Positions 21,436-31,945 of a stretch of 64,000 nucleotides of DNA are shown here, one piece after another. The notes beneath the pieces are model-generated. The model was given only the letters and a program-made list of their open reading frames with translations, made no database searches and was not told the origin of the DNA. The DNA comes from Vezdaea acicularis (lineage: Eukaryota): positions 1 to 64,000 of the forward strand of contig JAPEUI010000018.1 in NCBI GenBank assembly GCA_026025075.1. Reading direction: 5' to 3'. The position numbers and the translations under genes are program-made. Within the stretch, counting starts at the first letter, position 1; each line of letters starts with the position of its first letter.

Positions 21436-23037
21436 ATGTCGAAAAGTCCATTGGCGCGGGCAATAGCTCGTGTACCTGCATATCATGACACGGCCGCATC
21501 ACAGGGCCGGAGAACGTTAACTTTTAGCTCACGATGTTACCTTACAATATCAAGGCCACAGTATGCGGGCACCAGGAGATTGAGCACCTTCCCAATAAAC
21601 TCCCTCAATCGCTCTCGGACATCCTCTGAACTCCGCCGGCTCCGTCTACCCCCTTCACGTCGCTATCAAGGCACATGGGCCAGACTCTCCGACACCTACC
21701 GCGCGCACCCTTTCGCGGGCAGCGTGGCTTTATTTGCGTATGCTCCCTTTGCCATTATCTTCCCCTTTCCGTGCCCTACCTCAATCTTAGCTAAAAATCC
21801 CACTAGTATCCTCGCTGGCGCCGGCGCCATCCTCTACGGCACCTATATCTACCAGCGCTTCATCGTATCCTCCTTCAGCGCGTACCCCGAACCTGTAGCC
21901 AAAAAGCTACGTCGTGCTATATACTACACCAACATCTCCCTAGAACCGCGCGAAGCCTTAAAATACTACAAGCAAGCCCTTGACGCCGCAGAGACATGCG
22001 GGATGGACTGTTTCTCTGACGAGGTTCTCGGGATCAAAGTCGCTATGGCATGGTTGATGGAGAAGATCCCACTCCCCGCAAAGGCGATCGAGGTGTTGCT
22101 GGCTGTAGAGAAGGACTGCCGAGCGTATGTCTCCCGGCTGGATGCTGCGGGGCAGAAGGAGGATGGGAGTGAGAGTTTGCTTGGCACAGGGGAAGAAGGG
22201 AAGGAGGAAGAGCAGGGCACAAATCGAGAAAGGGAGCGGAAGCGCATTCTCAAGTGGACCGTCCGCATGAACGTCAAGCTCGGCGAGCTCTACTCGTCTC
22301 CCCACATCGCCCAGCCCGAACTGGCCGAACAGCGCCTCGTCTGGGCCGTCGAAGCCATCCTGCGCGAGCGGACGCGTTCCTCCCCTCCTCGCACCCCCCC
22401 TACCCCACCCCTCGAACCCTCCATCACGACCCAGCAACCCCACAACGACATCGACTTCTTCTCCAACGAAGAAGTCGGCGGCAGCCTCGAAGCACTGGCG
22501 ACGCACTACATGGCCACGGAGCAATACCGCCTCGCCGCCCCTCTCTACATCGGCTGTCTCCAATTCGCCTCCCCGCGCTCCTGCCGCGCCGTCGGCCTCC
22601 TCCAGAACGTCGCCGCTGCCTACATCGCCGAGCTGATCCGGATGGGCTACCCACCAAAGCCAATTCACGAGGGGAGCACAGAGCTCGAGAGCACAGATAG
22701 TGATGACACGGCAGACGCGGCGCAGCTCCTGAGAGGCGCCGAGGCGTGGCTGGCGAAATCGCAGGAGGTGGAGGAGGCGCTTCCGAGGGAGGAAAGGACG
22801 CCGGAGTGTGATGTTTGTCGTATGGCGCGGTTGCAATATAGGGGCGCGGCGGCGGAGGCATGGGGACGGCTGGAGGAGGCGAGGGCGTCTTATGAGGATG
22901 CGTTGAAGGGGCTTAGGGAGTTGGGGGGTGGGGAGGGGGTGGAGGTGATGGTGGAGAGCTTGGAGCGGGTAGGGAAGAAGATCGAGGGGACGTGGAAGAA
23001 GGCGGGAAGAGCGGTAGAGGGAGAGGGTGTAGAGTAG
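21436..23037 (+). CDS. mitochondrial TPR-repeat membrane protein (Mgr3-like)
   Basis: Arg/Ser-rich presequence, one hydrophobic segment, YPEPVAKKLRRAIYY, ALKYYKQAL, SDEVLGIK, TPR-like helices; probable 69-nt in-frame intron 21738-21806. Confidence 0.65.
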   Translation: MSKSPLARAIARVPAYHDTAASQGRRTLTFSSRCYLTISRPQYAGTRRLSTFPINSLNRSRTSSELRRLRLPPSRRYQGTWARLSDTYRAHPFAGSVALFAYAPFAIIFPFPCPTSILAKNPTSILAGAGAILYGTYIYQRFIVSSFSAYPEPVAKKLRRAIYYTNISLEPREALKYYKQALDAAETCGMDCFSDEVLGIKVAMAWLMEKIPLPAKAIEVLLAVEKDCRAYVSRLDAAGQKEDGSESLLGTGEEGKEEEQGTNRERERKRILKWTVRMNVKLGELYSSPHIAQPELAEQRLVWAVEAILRERTRSSPPRTPPTPPLEPSITTQQPHNDIDFFSNEEVGGSLEALATHYMATEQYRLAAPLYIGCLQFASPRSCRAVGLLQNVAAAYIAELIRMGYPPKPIHEGSTELESTDSDDTADAAQLLRGAEAWLAKSQEVEEALPREERTPECDVCRMARLQYRGAAAEAWGRLEEARASYEDALKGLRELGGGEGVEVMVESLERVGKKIEGTWKKAGRAVEGEGVE

Positions 23038-23224
23038 AGGGGGACTTGGGAGGAAGAAGTGGGACGTTATACCATTTTTTTGCGCTTGAGAGAGCGTGGT
23101 GCTTTGAGGCATGTTGGAAGGTCTCTACAGAGCTGTGGCTGGGTGCTACACTACACGTGCTCATACGCCAGCTAGCAGGCCCAAGTATCCCATGTATGGT
23201 CAAACCCCATCCCCAAACTACTCT

Positions 23225-24496
23225 CTACGCCCTCGACATGACGCCCCAGGCCCGAATCATGTTATCGGTATAGCCCGCGAATAGCGTCTGCCCGTCATGG
23301 CTCCACGCGAGACTGACGCACTCCGGATCCCTACTCTTCTTGCCCGCAAGCGGGAACTCAGGCTTCAACTCCTCGACCTTGCTCTTCTTCTCGAGATCGA
23401 AGATGATGATGCTGCTGGACGTAGCGGCGCACAACCAGTACCTCGAGGGGGAGAAGACCAAGGCATAGATCTCGTCGCCGGCTTGGAGCGAGTACAAGTG
23501 TTTAGATTCGTTAAGGTCCCAGAGCATAGTGGTACCATCTTTGCCGCCGGAGGCGCATAGCGAACCGTCGGGGGAGATGGTCACTGTGTTGATGTAGCCG
23601 GTGTGCCCAATGTGGTCGGTTTGGATTCGACAGGAGGCGAGTTCCCAGACCTGTAATGACGGTTGGTTAGTCGTCTGATAACCCAAGTGCCCCATTGGAG
23701 TAAAGTGCAGGGGTTCCGGAACATCATCAGTGCGCTGGTGAAAGAGATTGTCTCATAGCCGAAGCTCTGAAGTAGCAAATACTTTGAGCGTTACATCATC
23801 CTCTGAAGCCCCCTGAACCGCCAACACCTCTGTGAAATGCTCTGCTCACCTTGACAAGCTTGTCCCATCCCGCACTGACAATGACCGGGTTGTTGGGATT
23901 CGGGCTGAATCGTACGCAGGAAACCCACTCGGTATGACCCTTGTCAGTAATTGTGAATTTGCAGTCGCCGAGGGTGTTCCAGAGCTTGATTGTTCGGTCC
24001 CGCGAGCCAGAGACGATCTGTCGGTTGTCGGCTGAGAATGAGACGGAGAGAACGTCGTTGGTGTGGCCGACGAATCTTCGGGTGGTTACGCCGGTTTCAA
24101 GCTCCCATAAGCGGAGGGTTTTGTCCCAGGAGGCGGAGAGGGCATATGCACCGTCGGAGGAGATGACCTGCACAGATCGTCCAATTAGAAATCTGCGAGC
24201 TATTGCAAAAGCTAGGGTATCAAAGATGACATACGCAGTCGGAAACAATGTGAGAATGGCCGTGTAAGCTTCGTTTTGGGTAACCGTATGTCGTCTCATC
24301 TCGAGTCAAGTTCCACATGATGAGAGTCTTGTCGCGGCTTCCGGAGAGAAGGATATTTGGCCTGAAGATACATCAGCTCTCATAGCACTCGAACAAAAGG
24401 TTCCGAGCTAGTATACCTCTCCAGAGAAGTTGCCAGACTTGTGACCCAGCCCGAGTGGCCCTCCAGGGTCCCCTTGAGGATCAGCGTCTCGGACAT
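23225..24496 (-). CDS. ASC1: RACK1/Asc1/Cpc2 WD40 ribosomal scaffold protein, 3 coding introns
   Basis: [24 protein letters not shown].., [58 protein letters not shown]; probable 5'UTR intron about 24606-24527. Confidence 0.97.
23723..23803 (-). ncRNA. SNR24: box C/D snoRNA U24 (snR24) in the RACK1 intron
   Basis: box C ATGATGT (23799-23793), guide TATTTGCTACTT + box D' CAGA, box C' ATGAGA, box D CTGA (23730-23727); same host gene as yeast snR24; D' guide complementary to LSU rRNA AGTAGCAAATA. Confidence 0.88.
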
Positions 24497-25703
24497 GATG
24501 GGCGACTGATCGTGACGCAGGGAATTCTGAATTGGAGTTATTAGCTCACGAGAACCATGTAGAGCTCATTGGTAGCCCCGAAATCTAGGAGTCCTGCAAT
24601 ACATACTCAAGACAGATTGCGCGGGGTTGGCGGGGTCAACGTCACGGTCGAGCTGTGTCTCGATTTTGCACGAAATTTGGCATTGTGGGCAGTCAATTTC
24701 CAGATCACGTGCTTCAGCCTCGTCTAGCCCTCGGGACGCCGCTAAACGCACATCCGCGCCAAACCCGAGCCATCCCCGGGTCGGCCTAGCGGCTCCCTTA
24801 GCGGCCTCCTCCAAATACCTTCTGGACCTTTTTCGTAGCATCGACCCTGTTAGTGTCGAGAGCTGAGAGGCCATGTCGTTCACGAGAGTTGGATTGACGA
24901 GAGGTCGAGGACAGTCGAGGCTTCTTGGGCGGAAGGACGTCGCAGGAGACGCTGTTACTGCCGCGGCCGCCGTGCCACTGGCATAAGCATCAAAAGATCA
25001 GCGTCTGTTGGACCCCACTTCCGACGTCGCAGAAGATGGGGATAGGAGCGAGTGCGCTTGCTTGCGCGCGGCTTTCCGCTCTCAAGGGCACCTCCGCGGC
25101 ATCAAGAACGATGCGCGAACTCGTCGCTCTGCTCACTCTCCTCACACCATCTCATGAAGGGAAGCTCCGTATGCTGTGCCGTGCACCGCATGCTCTATCT
25201 TTAAAGATGCGATGCGATTGGCCCGCGACCGCCAATAATCGAGGGGCCATTCTCGACTCGCTGCTGCTGCTGAGCGAGGCTGAGTGCGCATGGATCGGCT
25301 AGACCCAAAGCAACGCCCAAGACCGCTGGTTATTCGTCCTCGCGCCCGGGAACCATGCCGCTCTCTGCTTTAGACCTGCGAGGCTGCCATCTAAACTACC
25401 CAGACAGAAAAACAATCCGGGCCGGCATTTCTGGACCCTCCTTTCGTCTGCTGCGTTGCTGCTGTGGCTCTGGTGGAGGCTAGCTAGAACGCTCTGTTCT
25501 CGCTCGCCATCGAGGCTCTTGCCCGTATAGCCCAGGCTGTGCGACCTCCCGTCTCACGAACCTCCTCTCTTGACCGTCCCTCTTCGTCCTTACGTTCAAC
25601 TTCGTCTCCATGGTGCTCTTATTGTGTCTCGACAAATCCAGATCTTCTCTGTCTGTCTGATAAACAAAAGCTACACCGACTCAAACCGCGAAGGTCGTTC
25701 AAG

Positions 25704-26738
25704 ATGTCCGGCCCGGAGAATGGTGGTAGCGGTGCCTCACCCTTCCCCATCAGCGCCTCTCCCCTTAGTCGAACAGGCACGCCATTGCTTTACGCGACAT
25801 CTGTTATTGTCCCCTCGAACACAGTGACGACTATCACCGGCATCACGCCATTACCAGGGAACACAATTCCATTCAGCCTCTCCATTACAGCCGTCATCTC
25901 TCCCATTTCCCCGGTGACGGTAACCTACTCTTATGCCACTGAGACCATCACCGCCTACAACTCTCAGAGTGCCCCAATCGTCCTCTCCCCCTCGATAACG
26001 ACGATCGCCCCTGGCGGCTCGAGCCCCGCCATCGCGGGCGGCAACGCCGTCACGCCTCCTGTCGTCCCGAACGACAAAACACGTCTTGGGCCAAGCGCCG
26101 GGTCCAACACTCAGCAAAGCTCGAGCTCAACCCCGACCGCCGCTGCCAGCAGGGGCAAGCACAAATCCAATGCAGGCGCCATTGCGGGCGGAGTAGTCGG
26201 CGGGCTCGTCTTCCTGATCTTGCTCCTCTTCGCCTTGATATTCTTCCTCAAGCGCCGCAAACGCGCTCGCCAACAGCGCAACAACGAGATCCTGACCGAG
26301 CCGAAGACGTATATCGGCACGGGGACTTCACACGGGGGCTCGAACGACTATGCGGCTGGATACGGCGCTGGCGGGAAGGCGTATGATCCTGTACCCATAA
26401 ATAGCGGGACCCCAGGGCCGGAGACGGAGAGAGAAGGTGCGGGTCATGGGACGGGAGCGTATGATGCCCCAACCGGGCATGATGCGTACGGAACGTCTGG
26501 GTCGGCGGGTGTAGGGGGTGGAGCGGTGACACCCCCTACGAGCCAGCATCTAGAGGGTGCGAGGGGACGCGAGCGGGTGGTTAATGACGACGGTGTCAGC
26601 ATCCGCAGCGCGAGCCCCGACCTGGGAGATCTCGATCGGCACAGTTTCGAGCATCAGGAGCCAGAGGGAGGGCGTGCGGCAGGTGTAAGCCGGTTGCCGT
26701 TGAACGATCGGAGGGATGCTGCAGGGCCAGCTTTGTAA
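25704..26738 (+). CDS. single-pass membrane protein with Ser/Thr/Pro-rich N-terminal region (Mid2/Wsc-like topology)
   Basis: S/T/P-rich N-half, AGAIAGGVVGGLVFLILLLFALIFFL followed by KRRKR. Confidence 0.75.
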   Translation: MSGPENGGSGASPFPISASPLSRTGTPLLYATSVIVPSNTVTTITGITPLPGNTIPFSLSITAVISPISPVTVTYSYATETITAYNSQSAPIVLSPSITTIAPGGSSPAIAGGNAVTPPVVPNDKTRLGPSAGSNTQQSSSSTPTAAASRGKHKSNAGAIAGGVVGGLVFLILLLFALIFFLKRRKRARQQRNNEILTEPKTYIGTGTSHGGSNDYAAGYGAGGKAYDPVPINSGTPGPETEREGAGHGTGAYDAPTGHDAYGTSGSAGVGGGAVTPPTSQHLEGARGRERVVNDDGVSIRSASPDLGDLDRHSFEHQEPEGGRAAGVSRLPLNDRRDAAGPAL

Positions 26739-27858
26739 GGACATTTGAATTGCTTGGTGAGAAGCTGGAGACCTGCAGATTCGTACCTGCTTTGACGGGT
26801 GCCTTGTGGGGCGAGGATGGTGGATTTCATTTTCAGCGCCAGGGTTTTATATTACGTTCATCGAGAGCAGTATGGTACTAGCTCCGTAGCAGACTCCACT
26901 GTGATATAACGAGCATATGGTCATAATTACAGGGTGATATAGATGGGATGTGAAAGTTTGAGGATTTCTATCAATTGTCCTGTTTCTGCCCGTTATATGT
27001 GATGATCAATCCTTCGTCGTCCTCCTCTTAATCTTCAGACGGCCTCCTCTTTCAAGCCTGCACAACGTACGGCATAAACAGTTTTAATCCGCAACTCCGC
27101 TTCCTTGGCCATAGATCTATCTTGCTTCATTGTTGTGCAGCAGCCCTTTTGTCCTCAAGCTTCTCGTAGAAAGCATCTCGCCGCCGGATAGCCGGTACAT
27201 GGTATCCTGAGGGTGGTCAGATAAGTATGTTGACTGACTGCACGCGAGGATGGAATGTCCCATCGAAGTGAAATGTCTTATTACATACCGTACCAATAGA
27301 AGTATCCAAATGAAGTGCCCAGACCTGTAGGGTTCCAATTAGTCTCCGCTACTTTCAGCAAGCAACACTCTCTGGAACGTGTTGGATCTGGGGATTATCT
27401 CCATTTGTGTCCACGCCCTCGCTCAAAAGTAGCTCTGAACAGGAAATAGGAGCTAAGAGCCAAGACCAATCCATCACTCACCAAACGCGACGCTCAAGTC
27501 GAGGACAAGATGCCTCCGTAGCATCTACAGGCTTGTTAGAAAGTCCAATTCCCAAAGTATTCGCCAGCTTAGGTTCAAATGAGGCCCACTTACGCCAGTG
27601 ATAGGTCTGATTGCCATCTTGCAGAATTTGAGGTGATCGGTGAGCCGCACGGTTTAATGATGAGGTACTGAAGGGATTGAGATTGACACCGGCTCCCAGG
27701 GCTCGCTGCCAAGACATTTCGCAACGCTAATCCAGATCGGGTCACTCCGCGCTCATTCACGGGCTCTTTTGCCATCCGTCGTCTCTTTGAGCAGATACGG
27801 CACAAGCAACAACTGCTCTTTGTTCTTTTCATTCACTTTGACAGAAGGGCTAGTCAAA

Positions 27859-29140
27859 ATGATGTCGGTCACATCTCCTACGACGATGACTCTCCCTCCT
27901 CTACCTTCGAAAGACTCACTCGAGATGCCTAGAAACAGGAAGCGTCCCAACCCCTCCGAAACCTCTGATGAAGTTCAGATCCTCCGCTCACGTCCTGTGA
28001 AGAGGTCGCGGAATACAGTCGAGGTTCATCATGGTGTCAAATATAAGCAGTCCGTTCCGGTGGGGGCCAACTTCATACCCCAAGATGCGAAAGACGTGGA
28101 ACAGTGTCTTGAAAGCTCGATTGCCGTAGCGTTGAAAGCAGCTGGGTTCGATGATGCGTGGCCGTCTGCAATGAACATGTTTAGAAGCATGGTAGAGGAC
28201 TGTATGCATGACCTATTCTGTCCCTCTAATGTGGACTGCGCTTGCGCTTGAGCAGAGTATGGCTATCTAACAATCATCTTGCTTGGCAGACATGTTAGGC
28301 TTTCTCAAGCCTGTCCAGCAATCTATGGCAGCTTGTCGGCGAGAGCAACCAACACCTCAAGACTTTGACTGCGCGCTTTCGACAAAGGTCGGTAAGGTTG
28401 TACTCGGGAGAAGGGAACATTATGATCTCGAGTCCCTTCGGTCCAAGAGCAAGGGAACCTTTCTCGACTCTTTGAAACCTTATCTAGGAGCAGCCTTCCC
28501 GCCGAACTTCCTTGCACCACGATTACCTACACCTCCACCCGAAGATGAGCCACCCATTATCGATCAATCCTTCCTAGGCGAACTCAGCGGTGCAGCCCAG
28601 AAGGCGAAAAGACCATATGTGCCGTCTCAACTCCCTGCATTCCCAAACACGTGGACCTACAAATCTACCCCATCCGACACAGCCCGCGAGAGAGACCCGC
28701 AGAAGATCCGAGAACTTGCGTTTGAGCAGAGTAAACTAGGCGAGGAGGCACTACGAAGATACTACGCTCTTTGCATAGAGAAGCGTAATAAAGCACAAAC
28801 AGGAGCTAGACAAACGGAGCAAAGGAGCTCAATAAGGAGGAAGACGCCGACGAGGAATAGGCAAGCGAGAAGAGACGAGTTATATGAAGAGCTGCTGAAG
28901 GAGGCGAAGGTCTTGACGCGCACAGCTGATTATGAAGGCCCCCATCAGGATAGCGGTATAGGAGACAGTGACGACAGCTTTGTAGCAGAGCAACGTAGGC
29001 AGGCATCTAACAAAGAGGCGCCGAAGTTATCAGCGGCGTCAATGGTCTCTGTGGTCAATGACGAGAACAGAAGATTGAGAAGGTCGACTAGAGGCTCATT
29101 GCTGCGCGCGCAAGACGGTGCTGCGGCTAGTCTTCCGTAG
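27859..29140 (+). CDS. TAF8: TFIID subunit 8; intron 28202-28289
   Basis: histone-fold region (ALKAAGFD..RREQPTPQDF), YVPSQLPAFPNTWTYKSTP and DPQKIRELAFEQSKLGEEALRR. Confidence 0.8.
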
Positions 29141-29741
29141 CTTTGTAGGAAAGGGTCCGTATGGATTGAGCAAGGGCAATGCTATAGAGTATGAAACTTT
29201 CTTGGGGCCTGCATTGTTCTGCATCTATTGGGGGGCTTCAGGATCGGAGTTGTGCTTCTTTACAAGCATGGGGGGGGGATTGCATAGGGGGCATTACACA
29301 AGTTGCGACCCTCTTGTGGGCTCTCTTGAGCACTAGCTGCTCTTGATTACTGGGTCTACAGCACCCTTGAGCATGCTGATAAACACTACATAAAGTAGCA
29401 AGTAGACTTCAAGACTATTCTGCAAGGTTCAGTGAACGATAGATGTCTCGTCTTGATGCTTTGATCAAATCTGATCAAGTGCCTCCGTGCATATTTCCTG
29501 ACACTAGCATGATAAGAAGATTCGAAAAGGCTACAATTCAGATGCTACCACAAGTCTTCGAGTTCGCAAGTCGTGCCCAACCCAAGTCTAAAGTATACTT
29601 CGGCTGCTGTATGTGACGGCCCCTCCCCACTTGAAGCGAATTTCGCCCACACACGAAATTTAGTTTGTCAAAATATTCTCAAGTCAACGGAGACGCCTCT
29701 TGAATCTCTGCTGCTGTCAACTTTGAGGCGCCAGGATCATT

Positions 29742-30850
29742 ATGGTAAGTTCGCAATCACTGCTTTTATGGCATGAACATACCACGGTCGAGGCCACTCG
29801 AGTAAATGGCGTTGATTGAGGGTCTTTGCAAGATGCTTCGGACGGGCGTCTGAAGCTTACATTGCTGACTCGAGGATTCGCGGTAGCCTTTCACTAAGCT
29901 TGTCAAGAATAGCGCGTACTATAGGTATTTAGTGACACTCTTAGATCTATGCAATATTTGATTGCTAATCATCAATTGCCAGCCGCTATCAAACCAAGTA
30001 CAAGCGTCGTCGCGATGGCAAGACCGACTACTATGCTCGCAAGCGCCTGATTACCCAAGCCAAAAACAAGTACAACGCCCCGAAATACAGGCTCGTCGTC
30101 CGCTTCACCAATCGCGATATCATCTGTCAGATTGTGACTTCAGAGATTGGCGGTGATAAAGTATTCTCCGCAGCATACGCTAGAGAACTCAAGGCATACG
30201 GAATCACACATGGTCTTACCAACTGGGCAGCCGGCTATGCCACAGGCCTTCTGCTTGCTCGTCGCACACTGAAGAAGCTTGGTCTAGACGAAGACTTTGA
30301 GGGCGTAGAGGAGGCGGATGGCGAGTACAAGCTGACCGAGGCGGCTGAAGGCGAGGACGGTGAATCCCGACGACCATTCAAAGCCTTCTTGGACGTCGGC
30401 CTTCATCGGACTTCAACTGGCGCTCGTATATTCGGCGTCATGAAGGGTGCTTCGGACGGTGGTATCTTCATTCCTCACTCGGAGAATCGATTCCCAGGTT
30501 ACGATATTGAGACCAAGGAACTCGACGCTGACACTCTTCGCAAGTACATCTTTGGTGGACATGTCGCCGAATACATGGAGACTCTCGCCGATGACGATGA
30601 GGAGCGCTACAAGTCTCAATTCAGTGGCTATATCGACGATGATATTGAGGCTGATGGTTTGGAAGAGCTGTACACAGAGGCGCACAAGGCCATCCGGGAG
30701 GATCCTTTCAAGAAGGAAGAAGGGAAGGAAGAGCCGAAGAAGACCAAGGAGGAGTACAAGAAGGAGTCCCTTAAGTACCGCGTGAAGAAGCTTAGCAAGG
30801 AGGAGAAGGAGGCCCGTGTTAAAGCCAAAATTGCCGAGCTTCAAGGTTGA
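29742..30850 (+). CDS. RPL5: 60S ribosomal protein L5 (uL18), 2 introns
   Basis: ATG|intron|PFTKLVKNSAYYS|RYQTKYKRRRDGKTDYYARKRLITQAKNKYNAPKYRLVVRFTN..GLTNWAAGYATGLLLARR. Confidence 0.97.
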
Positions 30851-31945
30851 TAGGAAGGTATGGGGATGAAGGACTCACTGATCCGCAAATCACTGGGAAA
30901 CTAGTCACAGCCAACTCAAGCTTGTTCTCAGTCATAACTTAGATGGGTCAATAATCTCTGTGATTTTACATGTCACAACTCCCATGACGTGAGCCTTGGC
31001 TTCGCTTCGAGAATCCTGAAGGGCGCAGCTGGATTTTTGAGGTTGCTGGCCCCCGGCCAAACCGCGTCTGACTGTGAGACGGTACCTGGAAATGCATCAT
31101 CCGTCCTCCGTGAATCGAGCACGTTTAGATTCCGGATAGATAATCATGATAAGTGCGCCCCCTTTGCTCCTGGTCAGTGTAGCCGTTAAACGAGTTCGAT
31201 GTTTCACTAACAATGACCCTCATTGGTGAATAATCCGGGTGGCCAAGGCACCGCCGAAGCCATGTTTAACGTGCATCTTTGCAGCATAAGGTTTCGTTTG
31301 CAAGTACTGCCGTTGGAGATGCAATACTGGATGCAAATCCTATCCACTTCCTTCTCAATCAGAAGAGACTTCCACAGCGACAAGGGAAGCAGCTATGCCC
31401 GCAAGGCACCGGGCTGTGGCGAGGGATCGCTCCGGATAGTATAATAATGGGCTGCATCGCTTTTCGAGGCTTCGGTCGCTGTTTTCGTTGCGCGACCCCA
31501 GCCCTCCGAAGGGATCGGAGCCAACCCCTCCATCGCTAAAGCGGTCATAGGCCAGACCGCAGCCAGACCGCAGTTGATTACATAGGCTCGCAGCTTTTCG
31601 CCTTCGTCAGCGCAGGACGTCCGTCAGAGAGAATCAGCTGCAACCGTGTTTCCAGAGACATCCATAATCAAGCACAACTCATCTGGGGGATGGACGGTAT
31701 TGATGTGAGGTGATTCTCCCATCCGAATAAGGGTGAGCGCCCCCATTTGAGATACTTCTCACCTCATAGAGCTCTTCCACCAGAAAAGCTCGGCTCATTG
31801 ATGCGGGGAGACCGTGAAGCGCAACCGGGTATCCGTTAACCTTAAACTAACACGTTCACTTGGTAGACCTTCATATGTCTCTTAGAAACCGATAGCACCG
31901 CATACATCCGGAGATATCCCATGCAAGCCGGCGCCTGAACCAGCG

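Noticed and set aside
21958..23112. 384-aa minus-strand ORF
   Set aside because: Antisense shadow of the GC-rich TPR gene; no domain
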